From positions 12,771,776-12,807,916 of the forward strand of contig JBOZIK010000001.1 of the NCBI GenBank assembly GCA_051453625.1: a stretch of 36,141 nucleotides of DNA. Direction: 5' to 3'. Made by a program: the position numbers and the translations under genes. Source of the stretch: Welwitschia mirabilis. Taxonomy: Eukaryota. The notes under the pieces are model-generated. The model was not told the origin of the DNA. It searched no databases and saw only the letters and a list, made by a program, of their open reading frames with translations. How positions within the stretch are numbered: the stretch's first letter is position 1; the number at the start of each line of letters is the position of its first letter. Of this stretch, positions 25,530 to 36,141 are shown piece after piece.

Positions 25530-27660
25530 AATTTTCAGCCCTAAAAATACCACAACAAAATTGTATAGCTAAAAGAAAGAATAGATTCCTCCAAGAAATG
25601 GCACAAACTATGCTAAATGATAAGGAGGTCCCTAAATATTTTTTGATTGAGGGAGTTATCATAGTATGCTATATTATTAATAGAGCATATCTTAGGCCTA
25701 GTACAAATAAAGTGTCATATGAGTTATGGAAAGAAAAGCAATGTAATATATCATATTTTAAAGTCTTCACAAGTAAATGCTATGTGATAAAAGATAGAGA
25801 ACACTTAAGCAAATTTGAGTTTAAAGCAGATAAAGTATCTTTTTGGATTACTTAACTATAAGTAGAGCTATCATACTTTCAATAAGAGAATTTTAATAGG
25901 AGAAGAGTCAATAAACATGAAAATTAATAATATTGACATGAGACTAAACTACATAGACAAAGCAAAAGTCATAACTAAAAGTATTCCCACGACCAGTGAA
26001 GATACTATTGAAAGTAATGAAGTTACAGTAAAAGAAGGCACACTGCGATCCTTTATAATATGTTATTAAAGAAGTTAATTCAAAAATAAATATAAAAGCA
26101 TATATGAAAAATTTATATGCTTACATTTGTTATGTTTTAAAAATAGAACTCAAGAAATTTGAAGAAGCCAAAGTTCATGGGAAATAAATAATGGCAATGC
26201 AAGATGAGTTACAATAGTTCAAGAGTAATAATGTTTAAAAGCTAGTAGAAAGACCAAAGGATAAAAGTATCATTGGAACTAAGTGAATTTTAAAAAAAGA
26301 ATGTAATGAAGAAAACAATGTCATTAAAAATAAGGTAAAATTAGTAGCACAAGGCTATAATCAAATATAAGGCATTAATGTATGGAATACTTTTGCTTCT
26401 ACTCCAAGGATAGATAGCACTAAAATGTCTTTGTCTTTTTCAGCTTTTAAAAATTTTTAAAGTTTATTAAATGGATGTGAAAGTGCTTTAAATGGTACTT
26501 TAAATGAATAAATCTATGTAAAGCCACCACAAGATTTTATTGATCCTCATAAACTAATCATGTATATAGACTTAAGAAAGCTTTGTATAGATTAAAACAA
26601 GCTCTAAAGCATGATATGAAAAGCTAATCACTTTTTTAAATAAAAATGGATATGTTCGTAAACTAGAGATAAAACCTTATTTGTAAATAACCTGAAAAAG
26701 GATTTCATTATTATACAAATTTATGTAGATGATATTATTTTTGATGCCTTAAATGAAAAGTTATCAAAAGAATTAACAACTATTATAATAACTCATTTTG
26801 AAATGAGTATGCTTGATGAAGTAAAATTATTTTTTGGACTATATATCAAGAAATCTAAATATGGAATATTTATTTATTAATTTAAATATGCAAGAGAATT
26901 AATCAAACATTTTGAAATAGAAAATACAAAAAAACTAACACTCCTATGTTTACATCATATAATGTAAGTTTGAATAAGAATGATAAATCAATCGATCAAA
27001 ATATTTATAGAAGTATGATTGGTAACTTATTATACTTGACTACAAGTAGACTAGATATTATGTTTAGTATTGAAGTTTTTGTAAAGTATTAATCCCAACT
27101 AAAATAATCACATCTATAAGTAGTAAAAAGAATAATTAGGTATGTAAAAGGTACATGTAATTATAGCTTATGGTATTCGATAGAGACATCTTTTAAACTT
27201 AAAGGTTTTATGATGCAAATTGGGCTGGTTGTAAAAATGATAGAAAGAGTACAAGTAGAAATTTCTTTCTATTAGATTCATATTTAGTAGAATGGATAAG
27301 TAAGAAATAAAACTCCATTTCTCTTTCTACTACAAAAATTAAATATATGGCAATAGGTAGTTGTTGCACTCATATGTTATGGATGAAATAAATACTAAAG
27401 GATTTTAATGTTAATTTTGAATAAGTTCCTATTTTCTGTGATAACACGAGTGCTATAAATAAATCAAAAAATACTATTTAGCACTTAAGAATCAAACATA
27501 TTGATCTAAGATATCATTTTCTATGAGATCAAGATGAAAAAGGATATATCTCCATAAACTTTATGAGTACAAACCAATAACTAGCAAATATTTTTACTAA
27601 ATCCCTAAATTTTAATACTTTTCTTCATATCAAAAATGAACCAGGGGCTAACTTACCTGA
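25530..27660 (+). pseudogene. pol: Decayed copia pol (integrase core, RT, RNase H)
   Basis: Integrase PQQNCIAKRKNRFLQEMAQTML...YELWK; RT AMQDEL, KLVAQGYNQ, IQIYVDDIIF (~26713-26742); RNase H DANWAGCKNDRKSTS, FCDNTSAI, KHIDLRYHF. Many stops. Confidence 0.93.
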
Positions 27661-28288
27661 TTTTAGAATGGTTGACTAGATCCTTTATTCAATCAACTGA
27701 ATGTGGTTAGTTGACTATATTAAAAACCTAGTTGCTAGAGCCCTCTTAATCCTGTAGATCCTTTAGTGAAAGCTGATAGTATAGAATGGAAGTTTCTTTT
27801 GTATTCCCTACTTTTATCTTTTTATTCTAATTATTTATTTATCTTTTACTTATGAACTTTTGTTTTCTCTTTTGTCATTAATGTCAAAAAGGAAAGGAAT
27901 TAGTTATTTATGCCTTTAAATGAAATTAGTTTTTTATGCCTTTAAATGTGTTCATGCTTTTAGATGTATTAACATGCACTTTGTTTTTATGTTTTAAATT
28001 TTTCTAAATTGATATCTCAAATCCTTCTATGCTTATACAAATCATATGTGCTTAATATTTTTTTTAAATGATAAATTTTAAAGTTTAAATTATGCTTTTC
28101 ATAAAATTTATATTCTTAATCCTCTAAATGTGCATCTTAAAATTGTTTCATTTTAAGCACAAAATTTGACTTCAAAAGATGTAATATTTTATAAAAGAAT
28201 AATAGGCATTTTTTAACAGGAAATTTTTCTAAATCCTAAATATTTTTATAACTAAGTGTTATTTTCCATTAATGTCAAAGGGAAAAAT

Positions 28289-29859
28289 TGTTAGATTATT
28301 TTTTACCAATTAGTATTAAACTAATGTTTTTTGTGTAGCAAATTTTGTGTATCTTATGCAAAATATGTTAATCACTTACATGTTTAAAGATAAAGCCAAA
28401 ACCATTAAATTCTGAGTATTAAAAACCTATCAAATTCATTTACGCTCTTGAGGAATCAACTAGACTTTTAAGGAGTTGACTACACCTGAACTAGACACTC
28501 TGGAATTGAACTGAATTCAAAGGGGTCAATCAGATTTCTAATAGGATTAACTGAACCTATAACCTTGAGAGCTAGTATCCTTAAACTGAATGGCAAGGAG
28601 TTAATCAAACATTTATGGAATCTACTGGATCTGTGAACCTAATAATAGTACCCCTAGACTAAATGATAAGGGGTTAACTAAATCTATGATGGGGTTGATC
28701 AAATCTATAAACCTATGAATAGTACTCTTGAGCTAATTGTTAAGGGTACTGGATCATTGAAGGGGTCAACTGGACCTGAGTACTATGTAGCTAATACTCC
28801 TGAGCCAATTATCATAGGGTTGACCAGAAACCTAAAGGGGTTGATCGGACTTGATGCAGGAAATTAGAAAGATTTTTATCAAGACTAGCGGGTGACCGAA
28901 CATAATGGTGAATGACCGGAGTAGGGTTGAATAGACCTTGAGGGGTCGACCAAACATGGAGCTGTAAGAAGCTAGGGTGACCGAAAATTTTACTTGGGTA
29001 ATCAGTGTAAGTCATGGCACCAGATAGGATCGACCAGACTTTTGAGGGGTCGACCAGCCAAAACAAAACTAAAATTTTCTATCCGTTTTGTATTCATTAT
29101 GTATCTGTTAGATAGTTATTTTTTAGCCATTTATAGCTATTGGAAATGCATTTTAAAATTAAATAAATCCTAAAAGTCTTTCAATATAAATAGCTAAGAG
29201 ATAGATGACTAAAGAACCTTTTTGAACTCATGAAAAAGTACTAAAATCTTATGATATTCATTATTGAATCTTGACATTTGTACTTTTGACTAAGGAAGAT
29301 CTATCATTTATATTATCTATACATTCAAGATCAGATCTAATGCTTATCTGTTGTACATCTATAGGAGAAGAGCTTTATCAAATCTACTGTATTAAGAATG
29401 AATGATATCTGTACATCTTGACATCATTGCATCACTATTTTACATTGTAAAAGGTTGAGACTTAGCCTGCAAAAGTCGATTCAAAGGTTAATACTAAGCC
29501 TGAAAAAGTATATTCAAAGGTTGAGACTAAGCCTAGAAAAGTCCATTTATAAAGGTTACAGTAAACCTAGAATACCTATTGGAGTAAAAAAGATCTGGAT
29601 TAAGTTTGCTGATAAGCTAATCATTAAGAGTGGAGTAGGGGATTTTCTAAACCACTATAAATTCTATGTACATCTATTTGGTATTTTGTACTTTCAGTGA
29701 GTTCATTTATTTAAATACTATTAGATGTTATTTACATACATGTTTTCAATTAGTGAATTATTTTGTGCAAGCTTTTGATACATCATTAGTTCATTTAGTT
29801 ATTTTGTTTAAATTTTTAAAGAACCTATTCAACCCCCTTTAGGGTTCTTGATTCTATCA
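28289..29859 (+). repeat. LTR2 (middle, complete, 1571 bp, TG...CA), preceded by a PPT and followed by a PBS
   Basis: AAAGGGAAAAAT|TGTTAGATT at the start, TATAAATAG at 29185, and CCTATTCAACCCCCTTTAGG...TATCA at the end. Confidence 0.92.
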
Positions 29860-29861
29860 AT

Positions 29862-29872
29862 TGGTATCAGAG
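29862..29872 (+). promoter_or_regulatory. Primer-binding site, tRNA-iMet
   Basis: TGGTATCAGAG, 2 nt after the LTR end. Confidence 0.92.
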
Positions 29873-29924
29873 ATAAGTTAAGTCTCTTTTAGATTTTAAC
29901 AAATCTAGACTTTGGAACCCTACA

Positions 29925-31980
29925 ATGAGTAATCCATATGATGGTTTTTCCATTTGTTGTCCACCCATGTTTGACTAGTTAAACTATGCTTATTGGAAAG
30001 CCAGAATGAGAATTTTTCTTATATCTTTAGATTCTGATATAGAAGAAGCTATTTATAAGGGTTATTCTATGCCTATGTCATTGAAAATAGATTTCAACAT
30101 TAATACCACCTTAGTTGCTAAAACCTGAGATCAATGGACCACCACTGATAAAATAAAAGTCACCACATATTCTCTTGCTCTTAATGCAATATTTTGACAG
30201 TTTGTATAGATGATTTTAAGCGTATAATGAATTGTAATCATGCTAAAGAGGCTTGGAACATTCTGGAAGTAGCACATGAAAGAATCTCAATTGTAAAGCA
30301 AGTAAAACTTCAAATGATTATTTATAAATTTAAAGACATCCATACGAATGAAGAGGAGACTTTGTAGAAGTTCTTTGTGATACTTACTAATGTTGTAAAC
30401 TCTATAACAATCCTCGGAGAATGCTTGAATGAAGAAAAGGTTGTTAGAAGATATTGAGATCTCCAATAAAGAGATTTCAACCAAAGGTTACAAACATCAA
30501 AGAGAAAAAAAACATAAATACAATAGCAATGGAAGAGATACAAGGTGATTTACAAACCTATGAACTTAAATTTGTTAAAGATAAGAAGAAAGATATTACC
30601 TTGAAATGTGTATAGGAAGAATATAGGTCTAAAAGATCAGATAAGAACTTAGATAATGATGAAGTAGTTCTCCTAGCTAGAAGATTCAAGAAGTTTCTAC
30701 ATAAAAATAAAAAGGAAGGTAAGTTAAGTAAAAACTCAAAAATAAGTCATTTGAAATACAGAAAGAAGCAAGAAAAAGGTAAAGAAATCCAATGCTACTC
30801 ATACAAAGGATTTGGTCATATGGAAAATGAGTGCCTCAGCACAAAAAGAGACAATAGGAAAAATAAGAAATTCCTCTTTTATTACAACATGGAACAATAA
30901 GGATGATTATGATAACAACTATTTAGGTTAAAGGTCAGACAAAGATAGAAGATTATCTTTCATAGAAATTATGCCTTCTCTCAAAAACTTACCTAGCACG
31001 TCAATGCCTAATGACTTGGATATAGTCGATGAAGAAGAGAATGAGTTAGAGGATAAATTTTAGGAGCTATATGATGAATATGAAAAGTTAGCTAAAAGAT
31101 AAATGATCTGAACAAAGTAGTAAAGCCTCTAACTAAAGACAAGGAGAAAATGTAAATGAAGTACAATGTGCTAAAATCTAACAAAACCAATCTATTATCA
31201 CAGATCAAAGATCTATCTTTCTTTGTAAATAAATTTTCTGGTTGTTCTTCTAAGTTAGAACAAATGCTTGGAGTAAGAAAAACCTATTGGAGACAAATTA
31301 GGTATCAGATTTATTTCACAAAATCCATAAGAATAAGTAAATAGATAATGTAAGTATACTTCTAAATTTTCATGTAATTTTTATGGTAAAATTAATCATT
31401 TAAAGTTATTTTGAAATATTAGAAAGTTAATGCTTTTCTCAAATTTTGTAAATTCTTTACTATTTAAATTCATTCTCAAAAGAAGTGTACCACATAAGTT
31501 TAACAAGACTAAGTAGGTAAGAGCCAGCAATCTCAAAAGTTTTCTCACATAAATAACTCTCAAAGGATCAAGTACAAATAGTTAGTACCTAGACAATGGA
31601 TGCTCAAGATAGATGATGTAAAAAAGATAAAACCTTTAACACCTAAGAAGTATTAATGGGGAAGATGTCATTTTTGGAAAGAATAAAAAGGTTAAAATAG
31701 AAGGTACAGGATGCATCAAGGAAAGTAAGTTACTTAAACTTAATGATGTGTTATATGTTAATGGTTTGAAACATAACTTATTGAGTATTAGTCAATTGTG
31801 TAACAAATGTCATAAAATAATATTTGAAAAATCAAAATGTAAAAATAAATATTATTATTCTTATTGCAAATCAAGTAGATAATATTTATAGAATATATAC
31901 TTGTTTGAATGATCAGTTAAAGTATATGAACTATAACATTGAAAATAGAAACATTCACTTAAATTTTAATGAAACTGAAT
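29925..31980 (+). pseudogene. gag: Decayed SIRE gag and protease, joined to an RNase H tail (IN/RT deleted)
   Basis: MSNPYDGFSICCPPMFD*LNYAYWKARMRIFL; AKEAWNILEVAHE; knuckle CYSYKGFGHMENEC (~30793); protease YLDNGCSR (~31586); VLYVNGLKHNLLSISQLC; then IENRNIHLNFNETE. Confidence 0.88.
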
Positions 31981-32416
31981 GTTTTCTAAATAACTTTGAA
32001 GTACCATCCTATTTCTGTAATTTACTTATCGATTACAAGAGTGAACTAGGGGTTAAGTTATTGTCCTCTGTTTGATTATAGGGTTGCCATATGTGGTCGG
32101 TTAACTAGTCTGAAAGCTTGATCACCCAGATCCCTTCCTATACTATAGACTCACATCTCAACGGGTTAACTAGAATCTTAACTGATTGACCGGACTTGAC
32201 AGATCACCTTATAGAAGTACTATCAGTAGACCCAATTTCTTTCTTCAAATTGCCCTATTTCACCTTATCTATAAAAGAAAGAGGCCCCATAAATCAATGT
32301 CATTGTGTTCTAGCCTTTTCTATCTTTCAGATCTAGAGGCTTTCATTCTCAATCTAGAGCTTTACTCTCAGATCTAGCATCTTTGTTTTAGTTTTCTTAC
32401 CACCTGGGTCTTATAA

Positions 32417-33689
32417 ATGGTTGAAAGCTCATCAAGGAAGAGACTTAAGAAAGCTCTATCAAGAGAACCTATCTTTTTCTACCATGGGATGTATAAGGAA
32501 AACATTAAAAAGTTTTCAAAGAATTTTGAAAAGAAAACTATTTACCATAAATTGTCTATAGCAACCTAAGAGCTTAAAGATCCCAGGAAAGTTATTTAGC
32601 TTTTGAGAAATCAAGATCTTAATTATTTTCTAGATGTTTCTAGATCTGCTTATCTATTTCTTACTCACATGTTTTATTGTAATGCATCTTATGATCATGA
32701 TTTAGGAACTCTTAAAACCCTTGTTTTGGAGAAACGGTTGAGAGTTACTGCAAATCTCATCTCTGATCTAACTGATCTTCTCATAGGTGACTATAAAGTG
32801 TTTTGGCCTCTTTAATACTCTATAAAAGATAAGTTTGCTGNNNNNNNNNNNNNNNNNNNNNNNNNNNNNNNNNNNNNNNNNNNNNNNNNNNNNNNNNNNN
32901 NNNNNNNNNNNNNNNNNNNNNNNNNNNNNNNNNNNNNNNNATGATTTAGGAACTCTTAAAACCCTTGTTTTGGAGAAGCGGTTGAGAGTTACTGCAAATC
33001 TCATCTCTGATCTAACTGATCTTCTCATAGATGACTATAAAGTGTTTTGGCCTCTTTAATACGCTATAAAAGATAAGTTTGCTATAACTAAGGAGATTGG
33101 TGATAAGATTCAATCTTGAAAACACATCATCTTCACTTCTTTGTTAAAACCCAAGTACCAATTTTTTCATTTAATTTTTATTTATAATTTTTTACCTTTA
33201 GCAGGGCATCGTAATGAGGCCTTTAGTTATAGAGCATATCTGATGTATCTAGTAGGGACAGAGAATTTTATTGATACTCCTACCATCATAATAAATAATA
33301 TGATCTCTAAGTTGAAGTATTACAGGAATAGACCCTTACCCTACTCTGTGCTTATCATAAATTTGTGCTGTCATTTTCGTGTAACTTTTCATCCAAAACT
33401 TAAAACCCTTCAACCTCTAAAACTCATTAGGCATGCAACTTTATCTTGTATGCACATCTTTAGCCCTTTTAAGAAGTCCACAAAGTTACCCTCTTCAAAG
33501 AAAGCCTCTCTTAATGATATTCTTTCATACCTAATATTGATTGATTCCTGTATCAGACATATAAAGGAAGTACTCATAGTAGCTAGGTATCATATTACTA
33601 ACACTTTAGCAAAGATCACCAACTCAACATGCACAGGAAGAGATGACAAAGAAGAAGAGTCAGAAGAAGACTCTAAAGAGGAAAAGTAA
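32417..33689 (+). pseudogene. Sirevirus env-like extra ORF (decayed, spans an N gap)
   Basis: Lies between pol and the PPT. Starts MVESSSRKRLKK and contains LTHMFYCN and PLPYSVLIINLCCHFRV, resembling the 'FYAN' and 'LPYG..IT' motifs of plant retrotransposon extra ORFs. Ends in an acidic tail, DDKEEESEEDSKEEK. Confidence 0.65.
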
Positions 33690-33766
33690 GAGAAGAAGGA
33701 ATTTGATTATAACCTTAATTATGTTTTTCTTATGTGCGTTTTTGTTCTCTTCTTTATCATTGATAT

Positions 33767-34330
33767 CAAAAGAGGGAGAATTAGTTGTTTATTTTTATTT
33801 GTTTACTTATGCTTTTAGATGTAGCATGCTCTTGATGAGTACTTTTATTTTGTAATATTTGCATATGTTTAATGGAATCAACATGCACTTAATGTTATGT
33901 TGTAAATTGTTCTTAATTGGTATCTCAAATCCTTTTGTGTTTGTGTAATTCATGTGAGCTTATTATTTTTTTCCAATGATGAATATTAAACTTTCAAATG
34001 GTTATTTCATAAATTTAAATGTTGATGACCAATACTAAAAATGAACTCTAAAAAGTATCAATGATTAATATGTTAAATGGTTTTTGTGATTGCATTGTGC
34101 TTTTCATAAAATTTATGTCCTTAACTCTCCAAGTGTGTATCCTAAAAGTGTTCTTATTATTAGCACAAAATTTGACTATTCAAAATGTCTTAATTGATTT
34201 CAAAAGGTATAATAGTTTATAAAGAATACTAGGAATTTTGTGAGGGGGAGNNNNNNNNNNGGGAGTTTTTCTAATTCATAAATATTTTTACAACTAAGTA
34301 TTATTTGCCATCAATGTTAAAGAGGGAGAT
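33767..34330 (+). promoter_or_regulatory. Multiple PPT region upstream of LTR3
   Basis: AAAAGAGGGAGAA (~33768), GAGGGGGAG (34242-34250) and AAAGAGGGAGAT (34319-34330). Homologous to ~27855-28288. Confidence 0.8.
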
Positions 34331-35836
34331 TGTTAGATTATGTTTTATCAATTGATGTCAAACTAATATCTTCTGTGTAGCAAATTTTGTGTATCTTATG
34401 TAAAAAATGTTAATCACTTGCAGGTTTAAAGATGAAGTCAGAACTATCAAATTATGATTACTAAAAACCTATCAAGTCCATTTGCCCTCTTGAAGGGTCA
34501 ACTGAATTTCCAAGGGGTCAACTGCACCTGAAGCAGACACTCAGAAATTGAATTGAAATTAAAGGAGTCAACTAGATTTTTTATGGGGTTAACTAGATCT
34601 TTATGGGATCAACTGGATTTGTGAACTTGGTAATAATATCCCTGAACTGAATGACAAGGAGTCGACCAGACCTCTGATGGGGTTGACTAGATCTGTAAAC
34701 CTGAGAATAGTACTCCTAAGCTGAGTGTTAAGAGGTTGATCAAACCTTTAAAGGGGTCAACCGGATCTGAGCACTGTATAGTTGAGACTCCTGAGCCAAT
34801 ATTCATGGGGTCGACTAGATACTTGAAGAGGTCAACTAAACCTAATGCAAGAAATTGAAAAGATTTTCATCAAGACTAGCAGACGATCAAACATAATGGT
34901 AGGTAACTAGAGTGAGGTCGATCAGACTCTAAGGGCTAGACATGAAGCTGTAAGAAGTTGGGGTGAAAGAAAATTTCACTCGGGTGACCTATGTAAGTCA
35001 AGTACCTGATGGGGTTGATTAGACTTTTGGGGGGTTAATCAACTGGAGCAGAATTAAAATTTTCTATCCATTTTGTATTTGTTATGTATTCATTAGATAG
35101 TCATTTTCTAGTAGTTTATAGCCGTTGAAAGCATATTTTCAAATGAAATAAACCCTAAAAGACTTCTAATATAAATAGCCAAGAGATAGATGACTAAAGA
35201 ACCTTTTTGAACTCATGAAAAAGTATTGAAATATTATGATATTCACTGTTGAATCTTAGTATTTGTACTTGTAACTAAGGAAGATCTATTATTTGTGTTA
35301 TTTGTACATTCAAGGTTAGATCTGGTGCTTTATTTGTTATACATCTATAGGAAAAGAGATTTATCAAATCTACTGTATCAAGAACAAGTAATATCTGTGT
35401 ATCTTGGCATCATTGCATCACTATTTTACATTGTGAAAGCTTGAGACTTAGCTTGCAAAAGTTCATTCAAAGGTTAAGACTAAGCCAAAAAAAGTCTGTT
35501 CAAGGTTGAAACTAAGCCTAGAAAAGTTCATTTATAAAGATTACAGTACCTAGTAGAATAACGAAGATCTAGATTAAGCTTATTAATAAGCTGATCATCA
35601 AGAGTGGAGTAGGGGGTTTCCCAAACCACTATAAATCCTACGTGCATCTATTTGGTATTTTGTGCTTTTAGTTAGTTTATTTATTTAAATACTACTAGCT
35701 TTTCTTTACATGTATATTTTTAATTAGCAAATTATTTTGTGTAAGCTTTTGATATATCATTAGTTTGTTTAGTTTATTTTATTTAAATTTTAAAAAAAAT
35801 CTATTCATCCCTCCTCTAGGATTCTCAATCCTATTA
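34331..35836 (+). repeat. LTR3 (3' LTR, 1506 bp, TG...TA; terminal CA mutated)
   Basis: Collinear with 28289-29859 throughout. Ends CTATTCATCCCTCCTCTAGG...CCTATTA, followed by AAATT. Confidence 0.92.
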
Positions 35837-35841
35837 AAATT

Positions 35842-36141
35842 AACATGAGTTTTACTAGAGAAACACAGGTAAAAATAGCTGACTTTAAAAGAGATTTTCA
35901 TTGGCATAAAAACACGTTTTGTATTAACCAAAAGTTTGGAATTTGAAATACAACTGAAAGGTTACATTTGAAATTAACTCTTACAAAATTACTTTTAACA
36001 AAAACACAATTTATTCTTTAATTTTTTTTGATAAAATCAAGGACAGGGAGTACAACATGAGAAAGAAAAAAGCCAATCAAAATCATATCCTTTAGAAGAC
36101 TAGACATCCTTACTCTAAGAAGTTTCAGCTACTGGAGTACC
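35842..36141 (-). mobile_element. Probable continuation of the minus-strand SIRE element's 3' internal region
   Basis: Inferred from the AAATT TSD, which joins 25031 to 35842. Has no diagnostic motif of its own. Confidence 0.45.

Larger units (their letters stand above)
25032..35836 (+). mobile_element. Three-LTR Sirevirus-type Ty1/copia complex flanked by a 5-bp TSD (AAATT)
   Basis: Homologous LTRs begin at 25032, 28289 and 34331. AAATT is at 25027-25031 and 35837-35841. Confidence 0.82.

Noticed and set aside
29452-29557. CRISPR-like regularly spaced AAAGGTTGAGACT(T/A)AGCCT repeats
   Set aside because: The 'spacers' are similar to each other, the array lies inside a plant LTR, and no cas genes are present.
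32692-33085. Duplicated segment of the env-like ORF (LGTLKTLVLEKRLRV... twice)
   Set aside because: Near-identical on both sides of a 100-N gap; assembly or haplotype overlap.

Overview
AT-rich, CpG-depleted plant nuclear DNA with about ten N-gaps. It is mostly a nest of decayed LTR retrotransposons with no intact TE ORF. From left to right: (1) the 3' end of a Sirevirus (SIRE)-type copia LTR (1-799), followed by a probable second LTR. (2) A host-gene exon encoding the C-terminal 'ancient' domain motif of IMPACT/Yih1 (2394-2601), followed by a canonical intron. (3) A 146-bp fold-back (6041-6186) and unclassified AT-rich DNA. (4) An Athila-like Ty3/gypsy composite (11227-23668) containing two diverged copies of both the leader/gag region and the 3' non-coding region. 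(5) A minus-strand SIRE-type element inserted into the Athila 3' LTR (LTR 23669-24942). (6) Nested in the PPT region of that element, a three-LTR SIRE-type structure (25032-35836) bounded by a single AAATT target-site duplication. Its two internal domains are complementary: IN-RT-RNaseH without the env-like ORF, and gag-PR plus env-like ORF without IN/RT. I found no convincing new biological system. The best leads are the three-LTR element, the IMPACT exon, the hairpin, and the intron-like, hairpin-array leader of the Athila-like element. All identities were judged by eye.
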